Below are positions 58,166 through 64,000 of a stretch of 64,000 nucleotides of DNA, one piece after another. The first letter of the stretch is position 1. Each line of letters opens with the position of its first letter. Source of the DNA: an uncultured archaeon (lineage in GTDB: Archaea > Asgardarchaeota > Thorarchaeia > Thorarchaeales > Thorarchaeaceae); contig CAZVZC010000004.1 of assembly GCA_964631415.1 (NCBI GenBank), positions 17,658 to 81,657 of the forward strand. Direction: 5' to 3'. Position numbers and translations under genes: made by a program. The notes beneath the pieces are model-generated. The model made no database searches and was not told the origin of the DNA. It saw nothing but the letters and a program-made list of their open reading frames with translations.

Positions 58166-58606
58166 ATGCAAGTCCAACTCACACCATTCGAGATAGCATC
58201 AATCGTGATGGTGGCAGAAACTGTGGTCGTTGTCGGGCTCTTGATCGGATGGTACTTCGGATCCAGACGAATGAAATTCACCATCCATCACGGGGCGGTC
58301 TACTCAGTGGTGCTAGTTCATCTTCTGACAGTAAGCATCTGGATGATCCCACAGGCATTGCTGCTTGCCTCCTCTGGTTTGTTCAGCGACCCACTAGGCA
58401 ACTGGTACCAGATCGCACATGATATGATTGGGCTACTGGCCATAGGCCTTGGGTCGATTTTGGTACTTGTCTTCATTACCAGAAGAGGCATGCCGCTCAA
58501 GCTTCTGAAGAAGACCCGTCCTCTGATGATAGTCACGTTGGTGATGTGGATACTTTCGTTCGGGCTTGGTATAGTGAGCTATGTCGCCAACCGTCTGTTG
58601 GGTTAG
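58166..58606 (+). CDS. 4-TM membrane protein (DUF420-like)
   Basis: Hydrophobic helices with histidines (HHG, VH, AHD); SD GGAGG. Confidence 0.7.
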   Translation: MQVQLTPFEIASIVMVAETVVVVGLLIGWYFGSRRMKFTIHHGAVYSVVLVHLLTVSIWMIPQALLLASSGLFSDPLGNWYQIAHDMIGLLAIGLGSILVLVFITRRGMPLKLLKKTRPLMIVTLVMWILSFGLGIVSYVANRLLG

Positions 58607-58704
58607 TCTTGTTCCAACGCATGGCTCAGGCAATGGGTTCAGGAACTAATGCAAAGAGGTAAATCACCAAGCACACAGTACGTCGTTGAACAGAGACGGT
58701 TGAT

Positions 58705-59082
58705 GTGACAGAGCAAGTGAGTGGGCAGCTGTCGAAGGAGGAACTCCGGCAGCTTAGAAGACTAAAGATGGTCAAGGAGGCCCTTGATGAGTTGAAGAGG
58801 AGGGGAATCTCTGCGGACATACCCGTGTGCCCTGTGTGCAAGAGCCCTCGCATTGTTCACATGACATCGTTTCAAGACCTGGGGTACATTGGGAGCTTTC
58901 AGCCGGCTTATTATTGCCTTGACTGTGGTTGGTATGGGAGAACTCTGACCATCATGACCAACCGGCCTGAGGATGATGCTGTGTCCGAGGATCTCAGAGA
59001 GGCATTCCCGTCATTCCGAGAGGAAACTCCAGAAGAAGAAGAGTATCCCGAGGACGAGGAAGAGCGCTCTTGGGAATCCTAG
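58705..59082 (+). CDS. small zinc-ribbon protein with acidic tail
   Basis: CPVCKS...YYCLDCGWYG. Confidence 0.75.
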   Translation: MTEQVSGQLSKEELRQLRRLKMVKEALDELKRRGISADIPVCPVCKSPRIVHMTSFQDLGYIGSFQPAYYCLDCGWYGRTLTIMTNRPEDDAVSEDLREAFPSFREETPEEEEYPEDEEERSWES

Positions 59083-59140
59083 TAGCCAAGGGCCCAGACG
59101 GCACAGATAACAAGAAACTGGCATCAGTTGTGCAGTGATG

Positions 59141-59815
59141 CTACTTCCGCGTTCCGCTTGCGTACCAATCACATAAAGTAGACAGGAAACAATCTGAGCA
59201 CAGAGGATTGCGGGCCCGACAGACTTGCCTGCCATGGAGAACTAGATTGTGGTTGAGGGAGTACAGGCAATGCGCGGGTATAATGCTCTCAAGCATAGGC
59301 TGTGCATTCTCACGCGAAACCTTGAGAGGGACCAGACCAAGTCGTCTTGTCACACGCCAGACGTGAGTGTCGACAGGCAGCGTCGGCCGTCCGAATGAGA
59401 AGAGTAGCACAATCGCTGCGGTCTTAGGTCCAACCCCATGCAGCGATGTGAGCCATTGAGTCGCATCCTCAGTAGTCATGTCACTAAACAACGAGAGATC
59501 CAGACGTCCCACTCTTCGCTGTATCTCCGAAAGCGCGGCCTTGATACGTTTCGCCTTCAGCTTGTAGTACCCTGACGACCTTATCACTTGTGCTATTTCA
59601 TCCTCTGGTGCTGACATCACTTCTTCCCAAGTCGGGTAGGTCGCCCTCAGCTTGTCATACGCCCTCTGAGAATTCACATCAGCTGTGTTCTGACTCAGTA
59701 TCGTCATAACGAGCTCATCGATTGGCGGACTGGCTTGCTCTACAACTGTGTTGCCGTAGTTATGCTGTAACAGCTTGCATATGTGAGAAGCCTTCTTCCG
59801 TGCTGCAACATCCAA
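59141..59815 (-). CDS. nth: endonuclease III
   Basis: ILSQNT, HhH motif LHGVGPKTA, VDTHV, C-x6-C-x2-C-x5-C. Confidence 0.92.
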   Translation of the reverse strand: MDVAARKKASHICKLLQHNYGNTVVEQASPPIDELVMTILSQNTADVNSQRAYDKLRATYPTWEEVMSAPEDEIAQVIRSSGYYKLKAKRIKAALSEIQRRVGRLDLSLFSDMTTEDATQWLTSLHGVGPKTAAIVLLFSFGRPTLPVDTHVWRVTRRLGLVPLKVSRENAQPMLESIIPAHCLYSLNHNLVLHGRQVCRARNPLCSDCFLSTLCDWYASGTRK

Positions 59816-59894
59816 ATGTCATGAACCACCTGCTCTCAAGCCTGTGGCTTGCTTCAGAACGCTTTTCTGTTGGTTGGTCTAGCTGCGTCGATAG

Positions 59895-60320
59895 ATGAAG
59901 ATGCGCGTAGCTGTAATCTACGAGAGCACCATGGGTCGCACTAGGGCCATGGCCCAAGCCATTGGCGAAGGTGCTCGTCTAGAAGGGGCACAGTGTGACG
60001 TCATAGAAGCGGCTCAGTTCAAGGAATTGGGTGATGCATGTGCACTTGCAGTAGGCAGCTCCACACGCATTGGGAAACCGCTGCCAAGAATCCGCCAGAT
60101 TCTCTCCGAACTGAACAACCTGAGTGGTATCACGGCTGCGAGCTTTGGCTCATACGGCTGGAGCGGTGAGGCGCCTGACATAATCGCGAATCTTCTCATG
60201 GGGCTGGGCGCCAAGTTAATAGACGGACAACCTGTGAAGGTGAAAGACGTCCCGGGCATTGAACAGCTTGAGAAATGCAGGGAACTTGGCCGGAACCTCG
60301 CGAGAGCATGCACAAGATAG
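59895..60320 (+). CDS. flavodoxin-like protein
   Basis: IYESTMGRTRAMA, AVGSST, SFGSYGWSGEA. Confidence 0.88.
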   Translation: MKMRVAVIYESTMGRTRAMAQAIGEGARLEGAQCDVIEAAQFKELGDACALAVGSSTRIGKPLPRIRQILSELNNLSGITAASFGSYGWSGEAPDIIANLLMGLGAKLIDGQPVKVKDVPGIEQLEKCRELGRNLARACTR

Positions 60321-60391
60321 TGCCATGGTCGATTACGTGGACTCCGGAAGTCTTATCATTTGAACCGGCGAGCCGCCTTCCGGCGCCAGGT

Positions 60392-62317
60392 GTGGGTTAC
60401 ATACTAAGACTCACAGGTTATGTCTTCAAACACTCAGACCTCTTCATAGGTGCCATGGCTGCGGCCGGGATTGGTGTTGTGTTCAACACCGTGTCACCTT
60501 TGGTCCTTGTGGTGATTATCGACTCTGTGATACCCACAGCCCAGTATGACCTTCTGCTACCCTATGCATTACTATACCTCACTCTTGGTGCATTGTATGG
60601 AGTATTCGATGTGGTTGGCCGCTATACGGCGGCCCTAGTGGCGCAACATGTTGTCTTTGACCTGAGGTCTGAGCTCTATGAGAGCCTGTTGGAGAAGGAC
60701 TTGGCATTCTATGATGAGAATGAAACGGGTCAGCTGCTTGCCAGAGTCACCACTGATGTCACGACAATGAGGGAGTTTCTCGTATGGGGCTATCGCGTCA
60801 TATTCATAGGTATAGCCTCCCTATTCGGCACATACTATGTGATGTGGTTGCTCAGCCCTCGGCTGACCTCATACATGCTGTCTGTAGTTCCATTTCTGAT
60901 CCTCTTCGTCTACCTGTTTGCGAAACGGGTACGTCCCCTGTTTTTCTCCTCTCGCACACAGTTCGGCGCACTCAGCAGCGTGTTGCAGGAGAACATTGTA
61001 GGCATGAGGGTCATCCGCTCGTACGCGGCGGAAGACAGAGAACTCGAGAGAGTGAACAGAGAGAACAAGCGATTCTTGGACGTAGTTGTCCATGCGTTCA
61101 GGCTCAATGCCCTGTACTCGCCTCTGATGACAGCAGTCTTGGGGGTTTCGACTGGAATCCTGATCTTCGCAGGTGGCATGTCCTACATACTTCATGACCT
61201 CACCTATGGTGAGTTCGCAGGGTTCGTCAGTCTGGTCGGCATGCTAGCTCTCCCGGCTCGGTTCTTCAGTTGGGGAGTCGGCATGTACCAGAGAGCCTCA
61301 GCGGCGGCTGAGAGGACATTCTACATTCTTGACCATCGTGACATAATGCTGGAGCCAGAGAACCCTGTACATGTAGAGAGGCTTGAGGGCAGAGTGGAGT
61401 TCGACAGGGTCGACTTCAGCTACCACGGTGGAAAGTGGGTGCTCAGAGATGTGAGCCTCAGGGTCGAACCGGGACAGGTCGTCGCGCTTCTTGGCGGCAC
61501 GGGTTCGGGAAAGACCAGTTTGGTCAACTTGATTCTCAGGTTCTATGATGTTGACTCAAGACCAAGTGTGACATGCAAGGGGCAGACGTACAGACTTGAC
61601 GAACGAGGCAGAACCAAGATAGAGGACAAGGAGTACACAGCATCTGATGGAGTCATGCTCATCGACGGCGAGAGATTCCAAGTGAAACAGCCTGGTGCAG
61701 TCCGAATTGATGGTGTCGATGTCCGTCAGTATTCACTCACCGATTTGAGAAAACAGATAGGCATGGTTCATCAGGACCCATTCCTGTTTTCCGCATCATT
61801 GCGTGAGAACATCGCCTTTGCGAAACCGGATACCACACAGGAAGAGGTCGAAAAGGCCGCCAGAGCTGCGATGATACACGATTTCATCGCCACGCTTGAA
61901 CAGGGATACGACACTGTGATTGGGGAACGTGGCATAACACTCAGTGGCGGTCAGAAACAGAGAGTCGCAATCGCAAGAGCGATTCTGGCAGACCCCCGCA
62001 TCCTCATCTTAGATGACTCGACCAGCTCAGTCGATGCCAAGACAGAGGAACTCATCAAGCAGGCGCTGGATAATCTCAAGGCGGGCCGGACGACGTTCAT
62101 AATAACACACCGCCTGTCTACTATTCGCAATGCGGACCTCATCGTGATCATGGATAGAGGACGCATTGTTGAAACTGGTACCCATGACCAGCTACTTGCC
62201 CGTGGAGGTGTGTATGCTGGAATCCATACGACGTTGAGTCAGATGGGCTCAACCTCCCTAGAATGGGGGAAAATGCCGTTGACTGCAGAAGCGGGAGGAG
62301 GTGGCAGAAGCGGCTAG
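60392..62317 (+). CDS. heterodimeric ABC exporter subunit 1 (TMD+NBD)
   Basis: GGTGSGKT, LSGGQKQR, degenerate Walker B LILDDSTS; start uncertain. Confidence 0.92.
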   Translation: MGYILRLTGYVFKHSDLFIGAMAAAGIGVVFNTVSPLVLVVIIDSVIPTAQYDLLLPYALLYLTLGALYGVFDVVGRYTAALVAQHVVFDLRSELYESLLEKDLAFYDENETGQLLARVTTDVTTMREFLVWGYRVIFIGIASLFGTYYVMWLLSPRLTSYMLSVVPFLILFVYLFAKRVRPLFFSSRTQFGALSSVLQENIVGMRVIRSYAAEDRELERVNRENKRFLDVVVHAFRLNALYSPLMTAVLGVSTGILIFAGGMSYILHDLTYGEFAGFVSLVGMLALPARFFSWGVGMYQRASAAAERTFYILDHRDIMLEPENPVHVERLEGRVEFDRVDFSYHGGKWVLRDVSLRVEPGQVVALLGGTGSGKTSLVNLILRFYDVDSRPSVTCKGQTYRLDERGRTKIEDKEYTASDGVMLIDGERFQVKQPGAVRIDGVDVRQYSLTDLRKQIGMVHQDPFLFSASLRENIAFAKPDTTQEEVEKAARAAMIHDFIATLEQGYDTVIGERGITLSGGQKQRVAIARAILADPRILILDDSTSSVDAKTEELIKQALDNLKAGRTTFIITHRLSTIRNADLIVIMDRGRIVETGTHDQLLARGGVYAGIHTTLSQMGSTSLEWGKMPLTAEAGGGGRSG

Positions 62318-64000
62318 TCCAATCATCGAAGACGAAGAGGAGCGGACACACGAGTATGCAGACTCTGCGCTACTGAAGCGCTTGGTCGGCTACCTGCTTG
62401 CATACCGGAAGCTCTTTGCCTTGGATGTAATCCTAGTGGCAGCAGACATTGTTCTTGCGATAGCTGCTCCTTTTGTTCTCAGACAGGCCATAGATGTGGA
62501 CTTCCCAAGCGGCAACCCTCAGGCCCTTGCAGGCACTGCACTGCTCTATGTGGTCCTCCAGATAATCGTCTGGCTCTCGGCCTACGGTTCAGGCTATGTC
62601 ATGAGTACGATGGGGCAGAGCGCGGTCTACAAGATGCGACAGGAGCTGTATCAGCACCTTCAGAGGATGTCACAGGACTTCTACGACCGAACCGCTAGCG
62701 GGAGGACTCTATCTAGGCTGACCAACGACATCGACAAGATAAGTGAGTTCCTAGCTGGCGGCCTCATAGAAACGTTTGCACAGTTGTTTGTGATTGTCGC
62801 AGTCGGCATCGTCATATTCACTGTTGACGTACAGCTGGCTTTCGTTTCACTGGCAGTTGTACCGATTCTTGCTGTCACAACTGTTTACATCAGAATAAGA
62901 ATGAGAGATGCCTACAGACGCACTAGAAAGACTATCTCTAGCGTTACCGCCAATCTGGCAGAGAGTATCTCCGGCGCGAAAGTGACAAAGAGCTTCGCAA
63001 GGGAGTTTGTGAGCAGCGAGAGGTTTGCAGAGCTGAACAAAGCAGACTACCAGTCGAATGTCGATGCCTCCAAGCCGTCTTCCCTGTTCTTCCCTGTGAC
63101 GCGTTTCATCGGTGGTCTGGGCGTTTTCCTGATTATCTGGTTCGGGGGGCAGCGGCTGATTGGAGAAACGCTGACTCTCGGAACACTCATCCTGTTCATA
63201 CAATTCAACGATCAGTTCTTCCGACCTATGCTGATAATCACGAACTTCTACAACACGGTACAGAGCGCCTTTGCCGCCTCGGAGCGTGTGTTCAGCATAA
63301 TGGACACTCAGCCAACGATAGTGGATGCAACCGATGCAGTCGACATCGGAGATGTGAAGGGTCACATCTCGTTTGATGATGTCACCTTCGCATACGTGGA
63401 AAACAGACCAGTGCTTGTCAATTTCAGTCTAGACATAAGATCTGGAGAGACTGTGGCGATAGTAGGTGACACAGGCGCAGGGAAGACGACAATAGTGAGC
63501 CTCCTCAACAGATTCTATGACGTCAACTCAGGCTCAATCAAGATTGATGATGTAGACATCCGCAGGGTCAGTCAGAAGTCACTACACTCAAACATTGGAC
63601 TGGTGCTGCAGGACCCATTCCTGTTTCAGGGCACTATCAAGGACAATATCAGATACGGTCGACCAAATGCGACTGAAGAGGAAATAATCAGAGCCACCGA
63701 GGCCATTGGTGCGCGGGCAGTGTTCGAGAACCTAGAGCACGGCTTCGATACCCAAGTAGGTGAGAGAGGGCTTAGACTGTCTGAGGGAGAACGTCAGCTG
63801 GTGAGCTTTTCTAGGGCTCTGCTGGCCAACCCCAGGATACTCGTACTGGATGAAGCCACCAGCTCAATAGACATCTTCACCGAGCATATCATTCAGAAAG
63901 GCATGAAAGCGCTGATCAGAGGCAGGACCTCGATTGTGGTCGCCCACAGACTGTCTACCATACTGAGCGCAGACCGGATTCTCGTGCTTGACAAAGGACG
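62301..64000 (+). CDS. heterodimeric ABC exporter subunit 2 (TMD+NBD), runs off the window
   Basis: Not in the ORF track because it has no stop in the window. GTG 62301 opens a frame with GDTGAGKTT, LQDPFLF, degenerate signature LSEGERQ, ILVLDEATS, AHRLST. Confidence 0.9.
   Translation, partial: MAEAASPIIEDEEERTHEYADSALLKRLVGYLLAYRKLFALDVILVAADIVLAIAAPFVLRQAIDVDFPSGNPQALAGTALLYVVLQIIVWLSAYGSGYVMSTMGQSAVYKMRQELYQHLQRMSQDFYDRTASGRTLSRLTNDIDKISEFLAGGLIETFAQLFVIVAVGIVIFTVDVQLAFVSLAVVPILAVTTVYIRIRMRDAYRRTRKTISSVTANLAESISGAKVTKSFAREFVSSERFAELNKADYQSNVDASKPSSLFFPVTRFIGGLGVFLIIWFGGQRLIGETLTLGTLILFIQFNDQFFRPMLIITNFYNTVQSAFAASERVFSIMDTQPTIVDATDAVDIGDVKGHISFDDVTFAYVENRPVLVNFSLDIRSGETVAIVGDTGAGKTTIVSLLNRFYDVNSGSIKIDDVDIRRVSQKSLHSNIGLVLQDPFLFQGTIKDNIRYGRPNATEEEIIRATEAIGARAVFENLEHGFDTQVGERGLRLSEGERQLVSFSRALLANPRILVLDEATSSIDIFTEHIIQKGMKALIRGRTSIVVAHRLSTILSADRILVLDKG

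Noticed and set aside
61559-61693. Intein in the ABC NBD
   Set aside because: Only 45 aa, with no N-terminal Cys/Ser block and no terminal HN-C/S/T.
1-64000. CRISPR arrays, rRNA/tRNA, transposases, integrases, prophage genes
   Set aside because: No regularly spaced repeats or diagnostic motifs seen by eye; a tRNAscan/Infernal run would be needed to exclude small RNAs.

Overview
Gene-dense archaeal chromosomal window with about 60 CDSs. I found no rRNA, tRNA, CRISPR array, transposase or integrase. TATA/BRE-type promoters, GGAGGTGA-type Shine-Dalgarno (SD) motifs, a stand-alone trpB2, a tungsten AOR, longin-like, V4R-like and Yip1-like proteins, and TM+zinc-ribbon proteins suggest an Asgard archaeon, possibly Thorarchaeota (inference). 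Content: aspartic protease with its regulator, CPA2 antiporter, AOR-aldolase pair, radical SAM genes, PadR module, trpB2, ABC transporters, a beta-oxidation cluster, mscL, nth, and many membrane or secreted hypotheticals. Highlights: (1) a candidate tryptophan-sensing leader upstream of trpB2 (three phased TGTACA-like TRP boxes, an SD-led 20-codon Trp-containing uORF, and alternative RNA pairings ending in an SD-sequestering hairpin); (2) several genes whose best-placed start is a near-cognate codon (ACG, ATT, CTG); (3) a possible triple longin/roadblock protein next to a V4R/Bet3-like protein; (4) a GPI ethanolamine-phosphate-transferase-like membrane enzyme; (5) a linalool dehydratase/isomerase-like secreted protein; (6) several palindromic operator sets. 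All family calls come from reading motifs by eye, not from database searches.
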